DNA of 64,000 nt, taken from positions 32,001-96,000 of the IMG/VR virus record IMGVR_UViG_3300025888_000011; one strand, written 5' to 3'. Of this stretch, positions 31,970 through 41,506 are shown piece after piece. Position numbers and translations under genes: made by a program. Numbering within the stretch: position 1 is the first letter of the stretch; each line of letters opens with the position of its first letter. The DNA is from a virus. The notes beneath the pieces are model-generated. The model was not told the DNA's origin and made no database searches. It saw only the letters and a list, made by a program, of their open reading frames with translations.

Positions 31970-32862
31970 TGGAATTTAAATATAATGAAAAATTATACGG
32001 AGAAACAATATGTAAAAATGGATTTCAGACTGAATATATAAACTCTGAATTAACTATATTGGTTAAATACTTAAAAGAGGTTAAATCTTTTAAAAGAAAA
32101 TATACAGAAGCTTTTTTATATGGGTTCTGTGAAAAATATATTGAGGGATTTAATAAAGTTAAATTCTTCAAAGTTATTGATAGAGCGATAGTGAATGGTA
32201 GAAAAAGAAGCAATAAATTAATAGTTATAGATAAAATACCAATATATAAAGAGGAAATAGAAGCCATTGATAAATTAAAGGTTGAACATGAACATAAAAA
32301 ATTATTATTTACTTTTTTAGTTAGTAAAAAATTAAGTCTTACTATTAGAAAAATACATGATGAAAATATAAATGAAATGTCAGCTTACTTTGAAGGAAAT
32401 AAGAAAAGATATAATGATATATTTAAACTGACTAACATAGTTGGTAAATACAAAATTGAGGATATGATACATACATTAGTTAGTAAAAAAATAATAGAAT
32501 CGGTAATCAATGGTGGAATAGTTTTAAAATTTCTTTATCCTATGTACGATATTAGAATAGATAGTTATGAAGTTAAAAATTACAAAACAGATAAAATAGA
32601 AAATAGAGAAAAACAAATTATAATTTATAATGTTAAAGATTATAAGTTATATGAAAATATTAGTGATTTTGATAACATAGGATATGTATTTGATTATTAT
32701 AAAGGAGAAAATGGGATTAAGAAATGTGAATGTTGTAAAAAATATATTAAACAAAAGAGCAAAAAACCACCTAAATACTGTGAAGAATGTATTAAAGAAA
32801 AGCAAAAAGAATGGGAAAAACTAAGTAAAGCTAAAGCTAAAAAGGAACTTGGCAAGTTTTAA
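31969..32862 (+). CDS. hypothetical protein with C-terminal zinc finger, coupled to the RNAP gene
   Basis: TAATG overlap; CECC...YCEEC. Confidence 0.75.
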   Translation: MEFKYNEKLYGETICKNGFQTEYINSELTILVKYLKEVKSFKRKYTEAFLYGFCEKYIEGFNKVKFFKVIDRAIVNGRKRSNKLIVIDKIPIYKEEIEAIDKLKVEHEHKKLLFTFLVSKKLSLTIRKIHDENINEMSAYFEGNKKRYNDIFKLTNIVGKYKIEDMIHTLVSKKIIESVINGGIVLKFLYPMYDIRIDSYEVKNYKTDKIENREKQIIIYNVKDYKLYENISDFDNIGYVFDYYKGENGIKKCECCKKYIKQKSKKPPKYCEECIKEKQKEWEKLSKAKAKKELGKF

Positions 32863-33181
32863 TAATTACATCAATACATGTTGTAAACCTAGTCATACCA
32901 ACGGTTTAAGAGGTTTCAATATAATTTGTGAAATTTTCGGTATATGGTAGGAAGTAGTAATATAAAATTACCATTTTTAAACATGCTAAGGTAAAGCATA
33001 GTGTGTTTATCATAAGGAATAAAATAAAAAATTAATATTACATAACTATCACATAAAATAATACGTCATCTATTATCATCCTAACTCACGGTGCTTTAGG
33101 ATATACGAGGATAAAGGAAAACCTCTCAAACCTGATGATAAATAATCCTAGAAAGTAGCAAGTTTAGGACTAATATAATAT

Positions 33182-33257
33182 GGCGATGTGGCGAAATTGG
33201 TATCGCAACGCACTTGTAATGCGTAGATTGAAGATTCGAGTTCTTTCATCGCCTCCA
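33182..33257 (+). tRNA. tRNA with UGU anticodon (Thr by anticodon), atypical identity
   Basis: 76-nt cloverleaf: GGCGATG/CATCGCC, GCGA/TCGC, ACGCA-CTTGTAA-TGCGT, TTCGAGT loop, encoded CCA. Confidence 0.85.
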
Positions 33258-33469
33258 ATAGACTCGCCTGATAGTAAAAGGCAAATTCATTTTTACTCTC
33301 CTTTTTTGAGGTAAGCTTCTCACTTACCTCAGTTAAATTTATAACAGGGAGAAAATTTTTATGAGAATAAACAATAATATAAAATTAAGTTTAACATTTA
33401 ATTAGTATTTTAGTCGAAAGACAGAAATAAATAAAAGGGTGATTACCAAACATCAAAAGGAGTTATAAT

Positions 33470-34231
33470 ATGGTAAATATAAGAAAGAATATTCTAGAAC
33501 AAGATATTAATGATTTATTCAAAAGGATTAATAAAGAAAAAGAATTAAAAGAGAACAGAATAATAATGAGCGAGAGCAACATATTTAAAACGGTTTACAG
33601 AATGGAATACGTTTCAGAAAAGAATTATTCTAATTACAGAAAATTAATTGATTCATTATCTAAATTATATAATACATACAAACAATTAGATTATGAAAAT
33701 TACAATACTCAATTTGTATTATCATTAATAAGTAGATTAGAAGAGGAAACTGAAAACGTTCATGATTTAATGAGAGATTCGTTGAAAAATGAAAGAGATG
33801 ACCAATACCGATGTTTAAGTGATTCTTATATCAAGTTAATTGATTTGGTTGGAAATATAAGTAGAGATATTCCTTATGATGGAAATGAAATAATGAATTA
33901 CGCTCTTACTCTCACAGGAATTAAATATGTATGGGGAGGAGAAACAGAACAAGGATTTGATTGTTCAGGATTTACTAAATATGTATTTGAACATTTTGGA
34001 TTAGATATTGGTAGAACAACTTGCTTGCAAATTACACAAGGAAAACATGTTGATAAAAGTGATTTAAAAGAAGGAGATTTAGTATTCTTTGGAAATATAG
34101 AATTACCTCATCAAGTAGGAATATATATAGGAAAAGACTCATTTATAAATGCACCAAAAACAGGTAATGTTGTTAAAGTCAGTAAAATGGAAAACAGAGA
34201 GGATTATGTAACAGGAAGAAGAATAATATAA
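33470..34231 (+). CDS. NlpC/P60 (C40) domain protein
   Basis: YVWGG...FDCSGF...GDLVFF...VGIYIG. Confidence 0.85.
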   Translation: MVNIRKNILEQDINDLFKRINKEKELKENRIIMSESNIFKTVYRMEYVSEKNYSNYRKLIDSLSKLYNTYKQLDYENYNTQFVLSLISRLEEETENVHDLMRDSLKNERDDQYRCLSDSYIKLIDLVGNISRDIPYDGNEIMNYALTLTGIKYVWGGETEQGFDCSGFTKYVFEHFGLDIGRTTCLQITQGKHVDKSDLKEGDLVFFGNIELPHQVGIYIGKDSFINAPKTGNVVKVSKMENREDYVTGRRII

Positions 34232-34333
34232 ATAAGTATTTTAGCTTTGAGACAAGCTTTAAATAGAATTAATGCAGATTCCTGCAAAGTGGAATAAATA
34301 ACCAATGGGTTATATTAAAGGAGATTAATTATT

Positions 34334-34648
34334 ATGAAAACAACAACTAATAAAGAACAATTGGTAGAGAAAATAGCATTGGAAACAGGATTTACTAAAA
34401 AAGACACAAAAATTTTTCTTGAGGGTTTTATCAAAGTAACAGGAACGGTATTACAAGAAGATGGAGAAATTCAGCTCGTTGGTTTTGGTAAATTTGGTAC
34501 AAGAGATATAGCTGAAAAATCAGGAGTATGTAAATTACAAAAGGATTCAGCAGGTAATGTAATTGAAACACCATTTACTACAGAAGCACACAAGCAACCA
34601 TTTTTTAAAGTTGGAAAAGGTTTGAAAGACAAAGCAAATGCAAAATAA
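34334..34648 (+). CDS. HU-family DNA-binding protein (YonN-like)
   Basis: NKEQLV...IQLVGFGKF...PFFKVGKGLK. Confidence 0.9.
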   Translation: MKTTTNKEQLVEKIALETGFTKKDTKIFLEGFIKVTGTVLQEDGEIQLVGFGKFGTRDIAEKSGVCKLQKDSAGNVIETPFTTEAHKQPFFKVGKGLKDKANAK

Positions 34649-34716
34649 AATAATATAAAATAAAGTTTAAAAAGAATTATTATATGTAATATGAATGTAT
34701 TATAAATTAAAATTTG

Positions 34717-34768
34717 TGAAGCTAGGAGTAAGATATGAATAATATTAAATTTCCTAGCTTCATTTTTT
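34717..34768 (+). terminator. intrinsic terminator
   Basis: TGAAGCTAGGA/TCCTAGCTTCA stem plus T-run. Confidence 0.65.
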
Positions 34769-34839
34769 ATGCGTTTTTAATAAAACGTAAATAATGTAGG
34801 GATTTCTATTTAATATAGAAAAACTGAGGGAAGATTTAG

Positions 34840-35310
34840 GTGGGTGTATTAATGAAAAAAGGAACAAAGATACATAACAGAGTTAGAAAAGTGAGAGAAG
34901 ATACATTATATAAATTATATTTTAAACTACCACATTCTTGTAAATCTTGTTGCTATAATAGCAATTGTCCTCATATAGAGAATATGAATGATATTACAAA
35001 TTGTGATAATTACAAAGAATCAATTGAATTAAATGAACTTGTTTTAATGATGAAAGAACAAAATATAAACATTGAATCATTTTGTGAAAAATACAAAGTT
35101 AAGAAAGAATATTTTATGGAAATGATAAAAGGCAAAATGCTAATGTCATATAAATATTATATTGCAATCTGCACTAGACTTCACGTTGAAGAAATGGATG
35201 AATTTTATATTTATAAAGCAAGATTTTTAAATGAAGAAAAGGAAATAATTAGAAACGAAAATAAAACCTTAAAAAGTGAGGTACAAATAGATGCAAATAT
35301 ATTATACTAA
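34840..35310 (+). CDS. Cys-cluster plus HTH-like hypothetical protein
   Basis: CKSCC...C...C followed by an XRE-like helical segment. Confidence 0.6.
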   Translation: MGVLMKKGTKIHNRVRKVREDTLYKLYFKLPHSCKSCCYNSNCPHIENMNDITNCDNYKESIELNELVLMMKEQNINIESFCEKYKVKKEYFMEMIKGKMLMSYKYYIAICTRLHVEEMDEFYIYKARFLNEEKEIIRNENKTLKSEVQIDANILY

Positions 35311-36781
35311 TAAAAATATTAACTGCAATGGCGATGGTGTAACAGGAAGTATGAATTTACTAACTGTTAAAAGAGATAATATGAAAGATTATAATTGTTT
35401 GGTGGATTTTGGAATGGTACAAAGTTCTAAAATCAAAGGTGACCAATTACACAAAATAAATAATAGAGATTTATTATTAGGGGGTGGTTTAGAACATGAG
35501 AATGTAATTATTAACGATATACTGTTAACGCATTCTCATGCATAAGTAGACCATATTGCTTTGCTCGGGCGTGTTCCTAGCATTACCGAGTTAGACCACG
35601 CACATATTAGAATGACTGAATTAAGTGCTAAAATAGCTACCGTGATACTACAAGATGCTTGTCATATTTTATTAAAAGAACATGAAAAATCAGTTAAAAA
35701 AAGTAAGGATAAAAAACAACAAACTGTTCCTTATATAACTCAAAAAAGCACAGATGATGTTATAGAAAGAATACAATCTTATTCATTTGATAAACAAATT
35801 TTAGTCGATGAAGGGATAAAAATTACGTTCAAAAGTAACGGACATTTGCCCGGTTCTGCTTCAATATTAATGGAAATAAGAGAGGGTTCATACGAAAAAA
35901 AGACAATTTTATTTAGCGGAGATACATCAGGCACAAGACCATTTATGCTAACAAAACCACTAGATATTAAAGAAAATAAAATTGATTTTATACTCAGTGA
36001 ATCTACATACAATAATAAATTAATAGAAAAAAACAACTTTGAGAGTGAATTTGTAAAGTATATTCAAGAAACTTGTATAGAAAAGAAAGGAAAGATAATT
36101 GCTCCTGTTTTCGCAAGTGGACGTAGCACAAATTCTCTAATTCAATTGAGACACGTTTATGAACAACATCCTGAATTTAAAGATATAAAAGTTTACCTTT
36201 GTAGTCCTATGGCATGTAAATTACATAAAATTCTATGTAATGACACAAATAAAGAATTTTATGCAGAGGAATGGCATGACGAACTTGATATAGTTGATTG
36301 GGGACAAGTTTCCTATGTTGAATCATTTAGAGCAGTTGTAAAAATGTTAAATAATCCAGACCCTTGTGTGATATTTGCAAGTGCAGGTATGATTGGGGCT
36401 TATTCAGAATACATAATAGGACAATTAGTATCTACTCGTAAAAATCGTGTAGTGTTTCTCGGATATCAATGTGTAGGGAGTGTCGGAGATTCTTTGCAAC
36501 AAGGAATACAAAAGACGATGACAGTCGAGGATGAAGAAGGAAAGAGAAAAAGTGTTAATATTAATGCGAAAATTTCTACTGTCAAAGGAATGAGTGGACA
36601 TTCGGATTACAAAGAATTATGCAAATTATGGAGTTCAGTCGAAAAGAAAAAATTAAAAACTATTCTTTTAAATCATGGAAATCCTGATGGAATGCATTTC
36701 TTTAAAAAAGAATTACAAAAAGCATTACCAAATGTAGATATTAAAATTACTAAATATAATGAAATCGTTAGACTTTGTTAA
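35291..36781 (+). CDS. MBL-fold beta-CASP nuclease with one in-frame TAA at 35543 (recoded or pseudogene)
   Basis: both ORFs share one frame; VDFG, THSHA*VDH, GHLPGS, FSGD, ESTY, SGHSD, NHG motifs all present. Confidence 0.8.
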
Positions 36782-36812
36782 AAATAAAATAATATAAAAT
36801 TAGGAGATTACA

Positions 36813-36977
36813 ATGGATTATAAAATAATAATTAAACCAAATATTGCTCGTCAACTCTTACATTTAGGACATGAAATAAAAGATATAAAGCCTAAAAAAG
36901 AAAATCCTTTAGAAACAGTGTTTGTTTTTGAAGAGACTGAAAAATTCAAAGTAGATTTGACTGCTATATCAAAATAG
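36813..36977 (+). CDS. small DUF5659-like protein
   Basis: 54 aa IARQLLHLGHEIKDIKP...TVFVFEETE; AGGAG RBS. Confidence 0.65.
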   Translation: MDYKIIIKPNIARQLLHLGHEIKDIKPKKENPLETVFVFEETEKFKVDLTAISK

Positions 36978-37025
36978 TAGTCTTTTTATTTTATAAAAAA
37001 CTCGTAAAAAGGAAGGTGTTTATTA

Positions 37026-38189
37026 ATGGAAGAAAAATTATTATTAAAGAAATCAGCAATATTGTGGGTGAACGAATACTATAATTATGATAAAGAGGAT
37101 TGTATTTTACTAAAAGTATTTAGAAAAAATTTAACAGAATCATATGATATTCTAATAGATAAATCTGATTTTGAATTAGTTTCACAAGGTCAATGGTATG
37201 GTCATATGAGTAGAAAAAATACTCATTTAAAAAATATATTACATATATTATGGACTCATACTAAAAACAACAAGAAAGTAACATCTGACATATATCAATG
37301 GATTCTAGATAGTAAAAACGAAAATCGTATAGTAGACCATATAAGTATGGATAGACAAGATAATAGAAGACAAAATTTAAGATTCGCAACAGCAAAAGAA
37401 AACACTGTAAATCAAGAATATACTGGATGGAGTTATCAAGATGGTAAGTATTGTAGTTACATTTATTGTGATTCTATATATTTTTATTTGGGTAGCTATG
37501 ATAATAAAGAGGATGCAGAAGCAATTTACTTAAAAGCTTATATTATAATGGGCTATGATAAAATTTCTGAATCTTGCAAATCAAGAATTCAACTAGCGAA
37601 TATTAGACTTTCTGAAGAAGATTGTTCTAGTAAATATCTTAACAGATTAATAATGTATAGAAATGAAGGGGTTATACCTAAAATCGACAAAGAATTGATT
37701 AAACTTATAAAATTATCTACATTCCAAGGTAATGGATTGGGATATAATTATGATAAGCCAACTAAAAGATATTTAGTAAGAATTAAAATAAATAATAAAG
37801 AAGTTAATATAGGTAGATATAAAACAGAAAAAGAAGCTAATGATATATATTTAAAATCATGTTTGATAACAAACAAGAATGACCAATATTCTCAGATTGA
37901 AAAAAGAATACAAGAACATAACATTATATTAACTGAAGAAGATTATAAACATAAATATTTAAAAAAGGTTTATAACTTATATAATAATATTGACGAAGTT
38001 ACTGTAAATGGGAGATTTAATTATACATATGAAGAGAACATGAATATAATTATAAAATTAGTAAATGAAGGAGTTAATTGGAATAGAATATCACAATATT
38101 TAAGAGAAAATATAAAAGGACTTGAAGGAGCAAAAGGCGAAATGGTAAAAGTAAAATATAATAAGTATATAAAAGCATTAAGTATTTAA
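37026..38189 (+). CDS. HNH endonuclease with two AP2-like domains
   Basis: VDHISMDRQDNRRQNLR; YLGSYD..EDA and NIGRYKTEKEA. Confidence 0.85.
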   Translation: MEEKLLLKKSAILWVNEYYNYDKEDCILLKVFRKNLTESYDILIDKSDFELVSQGQWYGHMSRKNTHLKNILHILWTHTKNNKKVTSDIYQWILDSKNENRIVDHISMDRQDNRRQNLRFATAKENTVNQEYTGWSYQDGKYCSYIYCDSIYFYLGSYDNKEDAEAIYLKAYIIMGYDKISESCKSRIQLANIRLSEEDCSSKYLNRLIMYRNEGVIPKIDKELIKLIKLSTFQGNGLGYNYDKPTKRYLVRIKINNKEVNIGRYKTEKEANDIYLKSCLITNKNDQYSQIEKRIQEHNIILTEEDYKHKYLKKVYNLYNNIDEVTVNGRFNYTYEENMNIIIKLVNEGVNWNRISQYLRENIKGLEGAKGEMVKVKYNKYIKALSI

Positions 38190-38221
38190 AATAATATAAA
38201 ATAAAAAGGAGATTAACTAAT

Positions 38222-38443
38222 ATGAAAGATACATTAAGCGTTACAAAAAAGAGAGTACTAAAGGAAGTAGAACTTACATTTGTAGAAGGAGTTTGGAAAT
38301 ATCAAGATGCAGACATGACTGAAGCATTACCTTTATCAGAAGCATTTACTCCATTTCTAGGAGAGACTGCTACTATAACAATTGTAAATAAGGATGAATC
38401 TGACGATATTGTTGGAGACCCTATTGATGTTGAGGATGAATAA
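38222..38443 (+). CDS. YonK-like small acidic protein
   Basis: LSEAFTPFLGETATITI pattern; upstream of the YonJ-like gene as in SPbeta. Confidence 0.5.
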   Translation: MKDTLSVTKKRVLKEVELTFVEGVWKYQDADMTEALPLSEAFTPFLGETATITIVNKDESDDIVGDPIDVEDE

Positions 38444-38675
38444 TTTAGTTAACATATTAAATATTATGAAGTAAACCTGACAAAAGTAAACCAAGCAGAA
38501 ATAACTAAAATACATAAACAAATAATAATATAGAGTGGTGCTTGTCAATATAGAATGTATAAGATTTAGTTATATGTTCTATATAGTACTCGCACTACTT
38601 TATTACAACAAAAAGCGTCTTAGATGCTATTTAAGACTATTACAATAATAAAATAAGAAATGGAGATTAAAATTT

Positions 38676-38858
38676 GTGCTAAAAAATGACGGGAGAAAAT
38701 CCAATAGCAAAGCAAGTAAGAAGAAACACAAACTAAAACAAGTTAAGTGTGGTAAGTGTAAGAATATAACAGAATATCATGAATCGGATATTGAATCTGT
38801 TAGTGGAATGAAAGTAATTTTATGTGATTTTTGTGGAATAGAAATTAATTTAAAATAA
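38676..38858 (+). CDS. small zinc-ribbon protein
   Basis: CGKC...CDFCG; GGAG RBS, GTG start. Confidence 0.6.
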   Translation: MLKNDGRKSNSKASKKKHKLKQVKCGKCKNITEYHESDIESVSGMKVILCDFCGIEINLK

Positions 38859-38874
38859 TATAAAATAAAGAATT

Positions 38875-40257
38875 ATGGGAGAGAGTAAAATGATTGAAAT
38901 AAAAAGAGATGATTATAGTTGTGATGAGGAATTTATAGCAAAGGTTTATTGTTTAAAATCAGATAATAATATGACAAATAAAGAATGTAACACATATATA
39001 AATTCAATGCTTGGAAGTAATTATGGAGAATCTACAACTAGAGGTATAGCTAAATATATAAATTTAGGACAAGAAATTCAATCTGAAAGAAATTTATCAG
39101 AATTAAAAGGTGAAAATAAAGAAATTACAACATTAAAACATGAATATAACAACTATGAGCAAGTTAAAAGCTACAAAGAAGTTGTTGAAATAAATAAAGA
39201 TGGAAGTTATTCAAGTGATAGATTAATAGGAATTGAAAACGAAGACAATCTAAAAGATGAGAATTTTCTATTAGGAGTACATAATTACGATGCTAAAGCA
39301 TGGCAGATAGTTTCTGCAAGAAATAGTATTTGGAATACTCAAGTAAAGGGTGGTACTATAACGAAATTATATGCAAGTAAAATTAACGTTAAACCTAGAG
39401 TTAATAGTGTATCTACAGAAGAAATAAAGGAATGGTTTAAAGAATTTGATAGAGAAAACAAAACGGTTAAAAATATAAACTATAAACATAAAGAAGGTAA
39501 ATTACTATTTGAATTTCCAATGGTAGATTTGCATTATGGAAAAAAAGGATATGTTTTTGAGGTTGGCAAGGAAAGTAGTTCGGAACAAACAGAACAGAAT
39601 TTTTTAAAAGTAATATGTGATTTTAAAAATAGATTAAAAGACAAGCCTATATCAAAAATTGTGTTCCCAATAGGTAATGATTTATTTAACAGTGATTCTA
39701 CTGATGGGTCTACCACTAGAGGCACAAAACAAGATAATGATATGAGATGGAAACAATTATTTAAAAGTGGCTTAAAAATGATTACACAAGGTATAGATGT
39801 GCTATCTGAAATAGCACCTATAGATTTAATCTATGTAGAAGGAAATCACGATACAATGTCTGCATATCATTTATTTGTTGCACTAGACGCTTATTATAGA
39901 AAGGATGATGTTGTAAATGTTATTGATAGTGCATTAACAAGACAATATTATAAATGGGGTAAGTGTTTAATAGGATATTCTCATGGAAATTGTGAGGGTA
40001 AAAGGATAAGTGGTTTAATGCAAAAAGAACAACCCAAATTATGGGGAGAAACTTTGTATAGAGAATGGCATTTAGCCCATTTACATCATGAAATAGCCAA
40101 AGAAGATAATGGTCTGGTAATAAGACATTTACCTTCAATAACTGGAACTGATGCGTGGCACTATAATAGTGGATACGTAGGAGCATTACAAAAATGTCAA
40201 GCTTTTATTTGGGATAAAGAATCAGGACTTATGGATATATTAATGAGTTATGTTTAA
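38875..40257 (+). CDS. calcineurin-like metallophosphoesterase (YonJ-like)
   Basis: DLHYG, GNDLFN, GNHD, HG, AHLHH motifs. Confidence 0.85.
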   Translation: MGESKMIEIKRDDYSCDEEFIAKVYCLKSDNNMTNKECNTYINSMLGSNYGESTTRGIAKYINLGQEIQSERNLSELKGENKEITTLKHEYNNYEQVKSYKEVVEINKDGSYSSDRLIGIENEDNLKDENFLLGVHNYDAKAWQIVSARNSIWNTQVKGGTITKLYASKINVKPRVNSVSTEEIKEWFKEFDRENKTVKNINYKHKEGKLLFEFPMVDLHYGKKGYVFEVGKESSSEQTEQNFLKVICDFKNRLKDKPISKIVFPIGNDLFNSDSTDGSTTRGTKQDNDMRWKQLFKSGLKMITQGIDVLSEIAPIDLIYVEGNHDTMSAYHLFVALDAYYRKDDVVNVIDSALTRQYYKWGKCLIGYSHGNCEGKRISGLMQKEQPKLWGETLYREWHLAHLHHEIAKEDNGLVIRHLPSITGTDAWHYNSGYVGALQKCQAFIWDKESGLMDILMSYV

Positions 40258-40287
40258 ATATAAAATAATATAAAGTAGGAGAAAAAT

Positions 40288-40416
40288 ATGAAGAAGTCTA
40301 AATGTGGATACACAATCAATAAACCTAAGAATTGGGTGAATACTGTAATGGAATTAACACCACTTGTACTTATTTTAGGTAGTATTTTAGGAGTTTTATT
40401 TATAACAATAATTTAA
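40288..40416 (+). CDS. small single-TM peptide
   Basis: 42 aa, AGGAG RBS, hydrophobic C-terminal half. Confidence 0.45.
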   Translation: MKKSKCGYTINKPKNWVNTVMELTPLVLILGSILGVLFITII

Positions 40417-40449
40417 AATATAATAATATGAAGGGCAAAGGTAGATATT

Positions 40450-41058
40450 ATGGAAGAATATTTAAACTACAAACAAATAAGAATTCATCAATTAAAGGAA
40501 AAAGAATGTCTTGATAATAGAACAATATGGCTTGATGAAACTATAACGGGTGATACAGAATTTATGGTTTTAAAAATGTTTGATAGAATTGTAGCTATGG
40601 ATGTTAAGTCAAAAATAACTCCTGAAAACGCTGAACCAATTTTATTAAAAATTAGCTCGTATGGTGGAAATGTGGATGCGTCACTAAGTATCATTTCAAA
40701 AATTGAAGCACTACGAATTTTACAGTATCGCATACATGGATATGCTTATGGTAAATGCATGTCAGGAGCGTTTAAAATTTTCATCGCTTGTACTAAGAGA
40801 TTTGCTCAACCAACTACAGATTTACTTTGCCATATGCCTAATCACGGTGAATATGGTGGTTTCTACACTATGGAAGATGATAGACGTAGATATACTAGCT
40901 CTAAAAGGTCATGGGATAGATGTAAAAAAGTAATAATAAAATATACTAATCTCACAGATGAAATGCTTGAAGAATCAGTTAGTAAAAATGAAGATATGTG
41001 CTTTTGGGCGGATGAGAGTATTGAACAAAACTTAGGAATTGTTGACGAATTATTCTAA
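40450..41058 (+). CDS. ClpP-like protease subunit
   Basis: NRTIWL, ISSYGG, CMSGA (Ser), LLCH (His), D.CFWADE...GIVDE. Confidence 0.85.
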   Translation: MEEYLNYKQIRIHQLKEKECLDNRTIWLDETITGDTEFMVLKMFDRIVAMDVKSKITPENAEPILLKISSYGGNVDASLSIISKIEALRILQYRIHGYAYGKCMSGAFKIFIACTKRFAQPTTDLLCHMPNHGEYGGFYTMEDDRRRYTSSKRSWDRCKKVIIKYTNLTDEMLEESVSKNEDMCFWADESIEQNLGIVDELF

Positions 41059-41085
41059 ATAAAAACTAATAAAAACTAATATAGA

Positions 41086-41445
41086 GTGGAGGATAGGATT
41101 ATGAGTGAAAAAGTTATTAATATGGAAATTGGAACAAATGAGAATGTGGAAGAGATTTTAGAATACACGAGTGAAGAAATAATGGGAAATATTACAGTAG
41201 ATGAAGAATTAAAAAGAATACAAATTCAAGATAAACCTATATCTAAACTATCAAAAGAAACTAAGAATGGAACAATATATAAAGATATTATGGAACAAAC
41301 AGAAGTATTAGGAGCATGTTTTCAAACTCTTTTAGGTTTTGGTGTAGATTACGTTTCTTCTCTTACAATTGCACAAAATATGATAACTAATATGGTTGAA
41401 ACAGAGAAAATTAAAATACAAAATGTATTAACTCAACAATTATAA
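41086..41445 (+). CDS. hypothetical protein
   Basis: 119 aa ORF. Confidence 0.7.
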   Translation: MEDRIMSEKVINMEIGTNENVEEILEYTSEEIMGNITVDEELKRIQIQDKPISKLSKETKNGTIYKDIMEQTEVLGACFQTLLGFGVDYVSSLTIAQNMITNMVETEKIKIQNVLTQQL

Positions 41446-41506
41446 TAAAAACACGTTAATAATATAAAACAAAATAAATATCAAAATTAAAAGGAGAATA
41501 ATAAAT

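Noticed and set aside
33131-33175. Hammerhead ribozyme (CTGATGA...GAAA)
   Set aside because: Stem II would be only 2 bp and no stem I partner is present
33213-33219. tRNA-Tyr (GTA) reading of the anticodon loop
   Set aside because: The 5-bp stem fixes a 7-nt loop CTTGTAA with TGT central
35543-35545. Genome-wide stop-codon reassignment
   Set aside because: TAA, TAG and TGA all terminate ordinary genes here, and the only tRNA is not a suppressor
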